From an uncultured Clostridia bacterium (GTDB lineage Bacteria > Bacillota > Clostridia > Christensenellales > Borkfalkiaceae), in NCBI GenBank assembly GCA_964509935.1, contig CAZDZH010000011.1, positions 1 through 32,000 of the forward strand: a DNA stretch of 32,000 nt. The letters are read 5' to 3'. Position 1 is the first letter of the stretch. Each line of letters starts with the position of its first letter. Positions 14,739-23,208 of the stretch are shown piece after piece. Both the position numbers and the translations under genes were made by a program. The notes below the pieces were generated by a model, which worked only from the letters and a program-made list of their open reading frames with translations, searched no databases and was not told the origin of the DNA.

Positions 14739-15803
14739 ATGGACGCGAGAAAGAAGAAAAAAATCATAGCCGCTATTACGGCTGTCGCAGCGGGCAGTCT
14801 AAGTCTGGCTACCGTAGTTACGTCCGTAAACGTCTACGATTCGTTTTTCAAACGCTTTGAAAGACCCGATTATAACCTTGTCGCGGGCGTTTATAATTAC
14901 GAGCTTGTCAGGCAGGACCTTCCCAGGGAAGAGTTCTATTTTAAGTCGGACGGCGTTAATTTAAAGGGCTATTTATATCTGCAACAAAACTCTAAGGGGC
15001 TTGTTGTGGTCTGTCACGGCATTCACGCGGGCGCAGACGATTATCTTCCGGCGATAAATTATTTTTACGAAAATTCGTTCAGCGTTTTCGCGTTCGATTA
15101 TAAGGGTACTTACGATTCCGGCGGCGACGGAACCGTAGGAATGTGCGAATCGTTGGTAGACCTCGATCACGCATTGAACTACGTTTCCACCGACGCAAGG
15201 ATAAACGGATTGCCTTTGTTTCTGTTCGGTCATTCCTGGGGCGGATACGCGGTAACTTCTGTGCTTGCTATTCATAAAGAGGTGAAAGCCTGCGCCGCTG
15301 TGGCGGCTATGAATAACGGCTTTACGATGATTTTAGAAAAAGGGGAGGAATACGCAGGAAAATTTTCCTCTTTCCCAAAACCCTTCCTCGACGCGTATCA
15401 GTCGGCGCTCTTCCGCGATTACGTAAAGTATAACGGCGTCAAAGGAATAAATTCTACCGATATTCCCGTATTGCTGGCGCACGGCGTAAACGACAGGGTT
15501 ATTGCTTTCAACAGACAATCGGTTATTTCACATAAAAATGAGTTTACCAATCCAAACGTAATTTACTACGAGGGAGTAGGTTATCAGGGCGACCACAATA
15601 ATATCTGGCATTCCGTCGCCGCCGCAGAATATCAGGCGGAAGTAAAAGCGATGCTTGCCGACCTGAAAAAAAGTAAAGGGCGCGAACTCACTTACGAAGA
15701 AAAGACGGAATTTTATAAAACCGTCAATCACGAACTGTACAGTCAGGTAAACGAAGAGCTGTTTGAAAAAATTATAACTATGTATGAAAACAGTATAAAT
15801 TAA
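14739..15803 (+). CDS. Signal-anchored alpha/beta hydrolase (esterase/lipase or S9-like)
   Basis: A basic N-terminus plus a hydrophobic helix (KKKKIIAAITAVAAGSLSLATVV), the GHSWGG nucleophile elbow, an AHGVNDRV acid region and GDHNNIWH. Confidence 0.8.
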   Translation: MDARKKKKIIAAITAVAAGSLSLATVVTSVNVYDSFFKRFERPDYNLVAGVYNYELVRQDLPREEFYFKSDGVNLKGYLYLQQNSKGLVVVCHGIHAGADDYLPAINYFYENSFSVFAFDYKGTYDSGGDGTVGMCESLVDLDHALNYVSTDARINGLPLFLFGHSWGGYAVTSVLAIHKEVKACAAVAAMNNGFTMILEKGEEYAGKFSSFPKPFLDAYQSALFRDYVKYNGVKGINSTDIPVLLAHGVNDRVIAFNRQSVISHKNEFTNPNVIYYEGVGYQGDHNNIWHSVAAAEYQAEVKAMLADLKKSKGRELTYEEKTEFYKTVNHELYSQVNEELFEKIITMYENSIN

Positions 15804-15828
15804 AAATCCACCCGTCGGGTGGATTTTT
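15802..15828. terminator. Bidirectional rho-independent terminator
   Basis: aaaaatccaccc-gtc-gggtggattttt forms a 12-bp stem whose A-run and T-run give a U-tract in both orientations. It lies between convergent stops at 15803 (+) and 15832 (-). Confidence 0.85.
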
Positions 15829-15831
15829 AAT

Positions 15832-17541
15832 TTATAGATTGTTATCTTTTATAAACTTAATAAGGCAATCGCATTGCTTGCCGCTTTTATCATAACCCGT
15901 ATCGCCGCAGACTTTACATTTATACTGCGGAACGAATTGCTCTTTGTCGATTTTAAGCTTTGCAAGTCTTTCGTCGCCCTGTTTTTCAAGGGTTGTTATC
16001 TCGCTGCTCAATTCTTCGGCTTTTTGTGCGTCCTTGATTTCGGCGAAAGCCAACTGAATGGACAGAGAGTTTATTTTCCGCCTGATTTCGCCGTAAATTT
16101 TGTCGTCCGCGGCTTTTTTAAGAGCGGCTTCGGCTTTTCTTTCTGCTTTCGCGCGCAAATCGTAGTAATGTCTTTCGATAATCGCCCGTTTGCTTTCCGT
16201 GCCGACGGGTGAGGTCAATGAAACGTTATTTAAAGATTCTAATGTCACGGTTCCTGCAATTTTCCAGGACGACAGGACGCCGTTCATATAAGCTATCGGA
16301 TTGTTTTTGCCGGAAGAGAGTTCGGCAGCTTTGAATAGCATATCGTCGGAAAATCCCCAATCGCGCCACCTTTTAAGACATTCCCTGTCCGACGCGATGA
16401 TTTTTCTCGTAAGTCCGCAGGTTGAAAGAATATTTTTAATCAGTTTATCCTCAGCGGCAAGGGAAGAAAGTTTATCGGATACGGCTTTTTCGGTGACTAT
16501 TCCATCGTCGTAGAGTGAGAGGGTAAAATCGTTCATTGCTTCGAAGCTGTTTTTGCCGCGTATAAAGCAATAGTTGGCAATCAGCTTCAATGTTTCGCAA
16601 TCGAATCCGAAATTGCACCATACGCTCACGTAGTTTTCGATATACGGAGCGGGATTTTGCACGAAAACGCCCAACGCTTTCGCAACGTCGAGAGCGGCTG
16701 TGTATAGCGAATTTTTATTTTTACAATAGTCCTCTATCTCTTTTACGTCGAATTTTCTGTTCTTGTAAAGCTCGGAAAGCGCGGCGTCGATCTTTTCAGA
16801 CGATTTAGCTTTAAAATACTTTGCCGCGGCAATAATCGCGTCGTCGGAAAAACCGTATTCCGACGACCATTTTGCGTAAAACTTATCGTCGGTATAATCG
16901 GGGCGGCGGTTTATTCCGCAGGCTGAAAAAATTCTGACGAGCGCGGGGGTGGAAGAGGTGTAAGCCGAAAGCTTTTCTTCCGCTTTCTTGGCAGTGGTAA
17001 TTCCCTCCGCGGCGAAGCTCTTGGCTACCTTTTTTATGTATTGGAATCTGATGTCGTTACCTTTCATTGAAACGCAATAGTTGATAATCATAAGCAAAGC
17101 GTTTCTCTCAAATCCGTATTCTTCAAGCAGATAATAATATTCCATAAATTCGTTTGTGGAAATCATTCTTCCCGTAATGATGGACTGAACCTCTGTCGAA
17201 AAACCTGAATACTTTTCGGGGTTGAGTTTTTTCGGCTTACCGTAAACGTTGTCGCAGTCAAGAATTTTAACTTCAAACGGTGAAGAGGAAATAATGGAAA
17301 CAAGCTCGAACTCTTCAAGATATTTAAAATAGTTTTCAACCTGTTCTTCCGTAGTTTCGAGCTTTTTTGCCATATCGCCAATCGTATAGAGCGACTGCCC
17401 GCTCTGACTTAAATACAGAGCGAATAGATAAATTTTTACTGCTCCCGCTTCGAGTACGGGCAAATATTTAGTTATAAATTTGTTTTCGACGACCGTGAAA
17501 GATTTTTTTGCGGCTTCGTCGTCTAGCGAAATAAACGCCAT
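15832..17541 (-). CDS. DnaD/DnaB(Bacillus-type)-family replication initiation / helicase-loading accessory protein with four DDBH2-like repeats and a C-terminal Cys4 motif
   Basis: A DnaD-like N-terminus (FTVVENKFITKYLPVLEAGAVKIYLFALY). Four repeats are built around YGF/FGF/WGF cores (YGFERNALLMIINYC, YGFSDDAIIAAAKY, FGFDCETLKLIANYC, WGFSDDMLFKAAEL). These are followed by a coiled-coil stretch and CKVCGDTGY..GKQCDC. Confidence 0.8.
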   Translation of the reverse strand: MAFISLDDEAAKKSFTVVENKFITKYLPVLEAGAVKIYLFALYLSQSGQSLYTIGDMAKKLETTEEQVENYFKYLEEFELVSIISSSPFEVKILDCDNVYGKPKKLNPEKYSGFSTEVQSIITGRMISTNEFMEYYYLLEEYGFERNALLMIINYCVSMKGNDIRFQYIKKVAKSFAAEGITTAKKAEEKLSAYTSSTPALVRIFSACGINRRPDYTDDKFYAKWSSEYGFSDDAIIAAAKYFKAKSSEKIDAALSELYKNRKFDVKEIEDYCKNKNSLYTAALDVAKALGVFVQNPAPYIENYVSVWCNFGFDCETLKLIANYCFIRGKNSFEAMNDFTLSLYDDGIVTEKAVSDKLSSLAAEDKLIKNILSTCGLTRKIIASDRECLKRWRDWGFSDDMLFKAAELSSGKNNPIAYMNGVLSSWKIAGTVTLESLNNVSLTSPVGTESKRAIIERHYYDLRAKAERKAEAALKKAADDKIYGEIRRKINSLSIQLAFAEIKDAQKAEELSSEITTLEKQGDERLAKLKIDKEQFVPQYKCKVCGDTGYDKSGKQCDCLIKFIKDNNL

Positions 17542-17565
17542 ACGGCTAAAACTCCCGTTTTATGC

Positions 17566-17594
17566 TTGATTTCTTCAGTTAAATAGAATATAAT
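17566..17594 (+). promoter_or_regulatory. Candidate sbcDC promoter (TTGATT - 17 nt - TATAAT)
   Basis: TTGATT at 17566-17571 and TATAAT at 17589-17594 with a 17-nt spacer. This implies an approx. 95-nt leader before the sbcD ATG. Confidence 0.6.
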
Positions 17595-17631
17595 GATATG
17601 CAGAGTATTATCGAATTTTTTAACTATAACC

Positions 17632-17660
17632 ATTATAAGGGTTAAGAGAAAAAAAATCAA
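17632..17660 (-). promoter_or_regulatory. Candidate promoter of the DnaD-family gene (TTGATT - 17 nt - TATAAT)
   Basis: On the minus strand, TTGATT is plus-strand aatcaa at 17655-17660 and TATAAT is plus-strand attata at 17632-17637, with a 17-nt spacer. It is positioned face-to-face with the plus-strand promoter. Confidence 0.6.
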
Positions 17661-17696
17661 TAACTTTCCTCTAAATAATACAAATAGCTTTTTGCA

Positions 17697-18845
17697 ATGA
17701 GAATTCTTCACACTTCCGATTGGCATATCGGTAAAAAACTTATGGGCAGGGACAGAAGTCCTGAATTTATTTCCGTTTTAAATGAAATAGCGGATATATG
17801 CAGGGATGAACGCATCGAACTCTGCCTTGTCGCCGGCGACGTTTTCGACACTTATACCCCCGCCGCGGAAGCCGAAGAGATTTTCTACAACGCGGTTAAA
17901 AATATAGCGCGGTATTGCGCGGTGCTTATAATTTCGGGAAATCACGACGATTACGTGCGCCTTACCGCAGCGGCGGCTCTTGCAGGCGAACTTGGTATTT
18001 ATATAGTCGGAAATAATCTTTCAGCGATAAAGTGCAAAAAGACAGGGGAATGTTACCCTGCGGAAAGTGACGACGGTTGGGTAATATTTGAAAATTCAAA
18101 GGGAGAAAGGGTCTATATAGACGCGTTGCCCTATCCCAATGAAGCACGTTTCAAAGAGGGCAAGTCGGACGAAACTTTCGACGATAAGATGCGTCGCTGG
18201 ATAGATTTCGGCGAACGCGGCAACGTCGCCAAACTGCCCTCTGTATTCTTATCGCATATATTCGCTTTGGGCGGAAGCGTAGACGGTACAGAGAGGGAAA
18301 TCGACCTCGGCGGAGCGAGGCTTGTAAAAACCGAATTGCTTCCCGATTGCGATTATATCGCTTTGGGTCACCTCCATAAGAGGCAACGCCTCGGCAAAAA
18401 CGTTTATTATAGCGGCGCGATAATGAATTTTTCGTTTGATGAAGCCGCTACGGAAAAATCTGTCAATATTTTCGATTTAGGAGCGGACGGCGTAAAAAAT
18501 TTACGCCTGATTGCGCTTAAAAGCATAAAAAAACTCGTAAGATTGCAGGCTTTGTCCGCGGAAGAAGGCATCAGGCTTTTAAATGAGAACGCTGAAAGCT
18601 ATGCAGAGCTTACTTTGAATCTTTCGCAACCATTGAATCATACTCAGACGGTAGAACTGCACAGATGCGCAAATCTCGTATCTTTGAAAACTAACGTTGA
18701 AGGTATCAATTACGGAGCGGTTGCGGCTACGAGAAGGGGCAAAAGCGCTTCGCAGCTGTTCAGCGACTACTATAAAATCAGGTATAACGCCGAACCGTCA
18801 GACAAACTGAAAGAGTTGTTTCTTTCCCTAACGGAGGAAGAATGA
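17697..18845 (+). CDS. sbcD: Exonuclease SbcCD, nuclease subunit D (Mre11-like phosphoesterase)
   Basis: MRILHTSDWHIGK, VAGDVFD, SGNHD and GHLH phosphoesterase motifs. An ATGA overlap links it to the downstream sbcC. Confidence 0.9.
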   Translation: MRILHTSDWHIGKKLMGRDRSPEFISVLNEIADICRDERIELCLVAGDVFDTYTPAAEAEEIFYNAVKNIARYCAVLIISGNHDDYVRLTAAAALAGELGIYIVGNNLSAIKCKKTGECYPAESDDGWVIFENSKGERVYIDALPYPNEARFKEGKSDETFDDKMRRWIDFGERGNVAKLPSVFLSHIFALGGSVDGTEREIDLGGARLVKTELLPDCDYIALGHLHKRQRLGKNVYYSGAIMNFSFDEAATEKSVNIFDLGADGVKNLRLIALKSIKKLVRLQALSAEEGIRLLNENAESYAELTLNLSQPLNHTQTVELHRCANLVSLKTNVEGINYGAVAATRRGKSASQLFSDYYKIRYNAEPSDKLKELFLSLTEEE

Positions 18846-21511
18846 AACCGTTAAAATTATATTTCAAGGGAATAAACAGCTTTTCCGAGCCTGCGGAAAT
18901 AGATTTCGAAAAACTTACCGACAGCGGCATTTTCGGCATTTTCGGCGATACCGGCAGCGGGAAAAGCACAATTTTGGACAGCATCAATTTCGCGCTTTAC
19001 GGCGACGTTGACCGCAGCAAAAAAAAGACCGATATAATTAATTATAACTGCGACGGCGCGGAAGTTAAGTTCAGCTTCGATATGCTTATCGGAGGCAACC
19101 GCAAGACCTACACGGTTGAGCGCAGTATAAAGAAAAAGAGCGGTCTTATCAAAGCGGCGCTATACGAAGAGGACGGAAACTCTTCGCTGTGCATTGCAGA
19201 TAACACTTCAACCGTAACAGAAAATATAGAAAATATAATCGGCTTGAAAGCGGAAGATTTCCGTAAGTGCATTGCTCTGCCTCAGGGCGAGTTCGCCCGG
19301 TTCGTAACCAGCGCGCCCGCGGATAGATTAAAACTTATCGAAAGGCTGTTTTCTCTTTCAAAATACGGGGAAAAATTAAAGGAAAGGCTTGCCGCGAAGG
19401 AGAGTATCGTTAACGCGGAATTTAACGGCGTGGAGGGAGAGCTGTCCGCTTATTCCGATATTTCGCGCGAATGCGTCAGCGTATTTGAACGTAATCTTTC
19501 TGAAAACAGGAAGATTGCCGAGCGGCTCGATTCGGAAATAGAATCGGCTAAACGCGCCTATTCGGATATAGGTCGCCTGTACGAAAGCAGGCTCGAACTT
19601 GACGGAGTATCCGTAAAATTAAGCGAATTACTTGAAAAGCGCGGTGAAATCGAGGCTTTAAGGCGATCGTTAAAAATTTTGCCCGATTGCAAAGCCGTGT
19701 GCGACCGCGACGGCGAACTTTGCTCGTTAAAGAAAAAGAGCGAATCGCTCCGCGCTGAACTATCTCGTAACCGTGAAGCGCTTAATGGGAACGACGCCGA
19801 AATAGCGCGGTTAAACCGGAAAATTGCCGACGAGGAATACGATAAAAAAATACTTTGCGCGCAGCAGTTGCTCGCCTCGTATAAAGCCTGCGACGGTATT
19901 GTTGAAGAAATAGAAAATTACGACGAAAAATTAAATAAACTTCGTTCTAAATATTTATCGCTTTCCGAAACGGGCAAAAAACTGTTCGCCAAAGAAACCG
20001 CGTGCAAGCAAAAGACGCAGGATTTACAAAAAGCTTACGACGATTGCGCCGGTACGGATCTGAACGTATTCTTCGACGGGGCTTTCAGAAATTCCGTGCT
20101 TCTGGACGAATACAGAAAGCAAATAGTTTATTTAGGCGACCTGCGCGAGAGTATAAAAGGTTACGACGACCGTTCGGATCTGTATTCATTCGTTCGGGAG
20201 GAGCTTACTGCCCGAATAAAATATTACGAAAATCTCATTCTCTCGTCTGTCGGTCAGGAAATCGACGCAGAAAAAACCGTAAAGCAAATGCAGGCGGCTT
20301 TTGAAAAGCGCGAACGTATTTCCAGAGAGCTGAACGCAAGCCTTATCGATTATAAGGAGCTTTCCAAAGAAGTTACCGTAAACGCAGGCGAATGCGAACA
20401 CGTCAAGCGCGAAGGAGAAGAAACCGCTTCTCGGATCAAAGAATTGAAAAACAAACTTTCTACGGTTTTCGGTGAGCAGGTAACGGATTATCGTTCAGCG
20501 GTAGCCGCCGTTGAAAACAATATAAAAAAGCTTACGGCTTCCGCCGAAACGGATAAAAATTTGCTCGATAGCGCCGCAAAACGGCGCGAGGCGATAAATA
20601 TAAGGCTTACAGAGCTGACGGTTCTGATACAATCGACAGATGCTGAGATTAAAAAGACAGAACGCGAGCTTGGCGAGTATCTTAAAAAGAGCGGATTCGA
20701 TAATATTCAGGATTGCAAAAATCTTATTGACAGATTTGCAAATTATATCGACGCGGAATCGGAAATTAAAATATACGACGAAAGTTTGATAAGTCTTTCC
20801 GCTCGCCGCGCTCAGCTGGAAAAGACCGAGGGCATTTCAAACGTTACGCAAGAGTCTGTCAAAGCCGCAGAAAAGCTTTGCGCCGATTTGGACGAACGCG
20901 CCCGCGCAGCGCACGGAGAGATAAAACTCGCGCTGAATAAAATCGAGGAATTGACCGTTAAACTCGAAAAGAAAACGCAAATAGAAAATTCTTTAAAAAA
21001 GATAGCGGAAGAAAAAAATCTTATAACTCAGTTGAAAGAGCTGACAAAAAACAACAGATTCCTCGAATATATAGCAAGCGAATATTTATCGGAAATTTCC
21101 GCAATCGCGTCTGCTACACTTCTGAAACTTACGGACGGCAGATATTTTTTGAATTACGTAGACACTTTTTACGTCGGCGATAACTATAACGGAGGCAATT
21201 TAAGGGGGGTAAATACCCTGTCGGGCGGAGAAACGTTTTTGGTTTCTCTATCCTTGGCGCTTGCTCTGTCTTCGGTAATTTGCGCAAAATCGTCCAATTC
21301 TATAGAATTTTTCTTCCTTGACGAAGGCTTCGGCACTCTCGACGAAAATCTTATAGATACGGTGATGAATTCGCTTGAAAAATTAAAGAGTTCCGAATTT
21401 ACTATCGGCATTATCAGCCACGTGGAAGAATTGAAACACAGAATAGAAAGCAAAATTTTGGTAAGTAAGGCAACCGAAAGCCGCGGCTCAACGCTAAGGA
21501 TAATCTGTTAG
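18842..21511 (+). CDS. sbcC: Exonuclease SbcCD, ATPase subunit C (Rad50/SMC-like)
   Basis: Walker A GDTGSGKST, a long heptad-rich central region, the signature LSGGETFLVSLSLALAL, Walker B FFFLDEGFGTLD, and a D-loop/His (ISHVEEL). There is no CxxC hook motif. Confidence 0.85.
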   Translation: MKPLKLYFKGINSFSEPAEIDFEKLTDSGIFGIFGDTGSGKSTILDSINFALYGDVDRSKKKTDIINYNCDGAEVKFSFDMLIGGNRKTYTVERSIKKKSGLIKAALYEEDGNSSLCIADNTSTVTENIENIIGLKAEDFRKCIALPQGEFARFVTSAPADRLKLIERLFSLSKYGEKLKERLAAKESIVNAEFNGVEGELSAYSDISRECVSVFERNLSENRKIAERLDSEIESAKRAYSDIGRLYESRLELDGVSVKLSELLEKRGEIEALRRSLKILPDCKAVCDRDGELCSLKKKSESLRAELSRNREALNGNDAEIARLNRKIADEEYDKKILCAQQLLASYKACDGIVEEIENYDEKLNKLRSKYLSLSETGKKLFAKETACKQKTQDLQKAYDDCAGTDLNVFFDGAFRNSVLLDEYRKQIVYLGDLRESIKGYDDRSDLYSFVREELTARIKYYENLILSSVGQEIDAEKTVKQMQAAFEKRERISRELNASLIDYKELSKEVTVNAGECEHVKREGEETASRIKELKNKLSTVFGEQVTDYRSAVAAVENNIKKLTASAETDKNLLDSAAKRREAINIRLTELTVLIQSTDAEIKKTERELGEYLKKSGFDNIQDCKNLIDRFANYIDAESEIKIYDESLISLSARRAQLEKTEGISNVTQESVKAAEKLCADLDERARAAHGEIKLALNKIEELTVKLEKKTQIENSLKKIAEEKNLITQLKELTKNNRFLEYIASEYLSEISAIASATLLKLTDGRYFLNYVDTFYVGDNYNGGNLRGVNTLSGGETFLVSLSLALALSSVICAKSSNSIEFFFLDEGFGTLDENLIDTVMNSLEKLKSSEFTIGIISHVEELKHRIESKILVSKATESRGSTLRIIC

Positions 21512-21516
21512 CTTGC

Positions 21517-23208
21517 TTGAAGGAGTATGATTTGTCAAATATTTTGACGCCGAGTTCACTTTGGAAGGATTTTAACGACGGGCTAGATCTTTGCCCCGTT
21601 AAATTGGAAGAGAAAGTCGAGGACGGCATAAAATACGAATACGTTACCTTTTGCGGTAGAGATACGGGAGAAGGCAGAGTGCTTATCTATGCGGTTTTTG
21701 CGAGTTCTGTCGACAATCCTTCCGCCGACGGAGTTCTCGTACTGCCTGACGGCGGGCAGACGGTAGACGAAAGGCTGCTTAAAATGTTCGTCGAAAACGG
21801 TTATTCCGCATTAATGGTCGATTACCGAGGGAAGTGGGAGGGCGCCGAGCGCTACACCGTTTATCCGGATATTATATCCTACGCTAATTTTGCAACCTGC
21901 GGAAGATTTAAAGATTACGTAGATGAAAGCGCCGATAAAACAAGCTGGTACGAATGGGTTGCCGTCGGCATTTATTCGGTAAAATATCTGCTTGCAAGGG
22001 TTCAGAATAAGAATATTGCGGTTGTAGGTCTGCGCGACGGCGGAGAAATCGCCTGGAAGCTTGCATATTGCACGCGCCTTGCCTGCGCGGTCACCGTTTG
22101 CGCGGGAGGCTGGAAAGTATATGCCGGTTACGATAAATTCGGCGGGGAAGAACCTGAGTTGGACGAAGAAAGACACCGCTTTCTTGCGGGCATAGATTCT
22201 CAGGCTTACGCGCCGTACGTAAATTGTCCCGTCCTTATGCTCTGTTCCACCAACGACCCCGATTTCGATTACGACAGGGCGTACGATACATTTTCAAGAA
22301 TAAATCCCGAGTATGCGGAAGAGAGCGTTATTTCCTATTCGGTTAGAGCTAACGCCTGCGTCGGTATGAACAGTCTTAAAGATATGTTTATGTTTTTGGA
22401 CAGGTCGGTCAAACGCCGCAACGTATACGTCTCCAAGCCTGCCGAAATCACCGTGTCCGTAGACGAGGATGAAAATTTGATTGCAACCGCAACTTTCGAT
22501 GACTTCGGAGAAGTTTCTAAGTTTAAAATGTTTATGGCGGAAGACTGTATAAATTCTAAACTTAGGGATTGGTTCGAGGTTGAATATAAGAGAAAAAAAT
22601 CGGATACCGAACACGAATTCTATCTCAACGTTTACGAAAAAACTTCGATAGTCTTTCTGCTCTGCTGCGTAACGTATACCAACGGATTTACCGTATGGTC
22701 AAAGATCGTCGTAAAGAAAATCAACGGACAGTTCCGCAACAGCCAGCCTAAAAGCAACGTTCTGTATTCCTGTAAACGAGGTATAGACTGTTTTACCATA
22801 GCGGATTACAGGGCTAATTCGATAGGCGATACGATTATCAACAGCGATGAGGTTCTGCCAAAAATCGTAACAAAAGCCAAAGGATTGAAAGGATTATATT
22901 CTGCGGGCGGACTATCGACTTTCAGGCTTAACAGCCCGCAGTTTTCTCCCCGTGCGGACAGTATAATTAAGCTTGACGTATGCGCAGACAGCGATTGCGT
23001 TCTCGTACTTATTATGGAAAATCTTAGCGGGGGCGAAGCTTACGTTAACAAAGTTAGCGTAGTAGGCGGCGTATGGCAAAGCGTTCTTTTAAAAAGCCAG
23101 CAGTTTAAGAACGATAACGGCAAACCGCTTTCCGATTTCGCGCAGGGGTTGCATTTTGTTATCAAATGTAACGCTCCTTACGCAATCAACAACGTTATGT
23201 GGCTTTAA
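21517..23208 (+). CDS. Alpha/beta-hydrolase-fold-like protein (acetyl-esterase/dienelactone-hydrolase-like N-terminal half) with an uncharacterised beta-rich C-terminal half
   Basis: The N-terminal approx. 280 aa show the alpha/beta-hydrolase pattern (VLVLPDGG, GYSALMVDYRG, NIAVVGLRDGGEIA, PVLMLCSTNDPDFD). The elbow reads GLRDG rather than GxSxG. The start is uncertain: either TTG 21517 or in-frame TTG 21532, which lies 6 nt after AGGAG. Confidence 0.55.
   Translation: MKEYDLSNILTPSSLWKDFNDGLDLCPVKLEEKVEDGIKYEYVTFCGRDTGEGRVLIYAVFASSVDNPSADGVLVLPDGGQTVDERLLKMFVENGYSALMVDYRGKWEGAERYTVYPDIISYANFATCGRFKDYVDESADKTSWYEWVAVGIYSVKYLLARVQNKNIAVVGLRDGGEIAWKLAYCTRLACAVTVCAGGWKVYAGYDKFGGEEPELDEERHRFLAGIDSQAYAPYVNCPVLMLCSTNDPDFDYDRAYDTFSRINPEYAEESVISYSVRANACVGMNSLKDMFMFLDRSVKRRNVYVSKPAEITVSVDEDENLIATATFDDFGEVSKFKMFMAEDCINSKLRDWFEVEYKRKKSDTEHEFYLNVYEKTSIVFLLCCVTYTNGFTVWSKIVVKKINGQFRNSQPKSNVLYSCKRGIDCFTIADYRANSIGDTIINSDEVLPKIVTKAKGLKGLYSAGGLSTFRLNSPQFSPRADSIIKLDVCADSDCVLVLIMENLSGGEAYVNKVSVVGGVWQSVLLKSQQFKNDNGKPLSDFAQGLHFVIKCNAPYAINNVMWL

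Noticed and set aside
17697-21511. SbcD/SbcC pair considered as a phage-defence module (Rad50/SMC-like ATPase plus nuclease systems)
   Set aside because: Both proteins carry the full canonical SbcCD motif sets and the typical ATGA-coupled arrangement. The neighbours are housekeeping genes (lepB and a DnaD-family gene), and there is no extra effector gene. Only the missing zinc hook is unusual, and it is reported separately.
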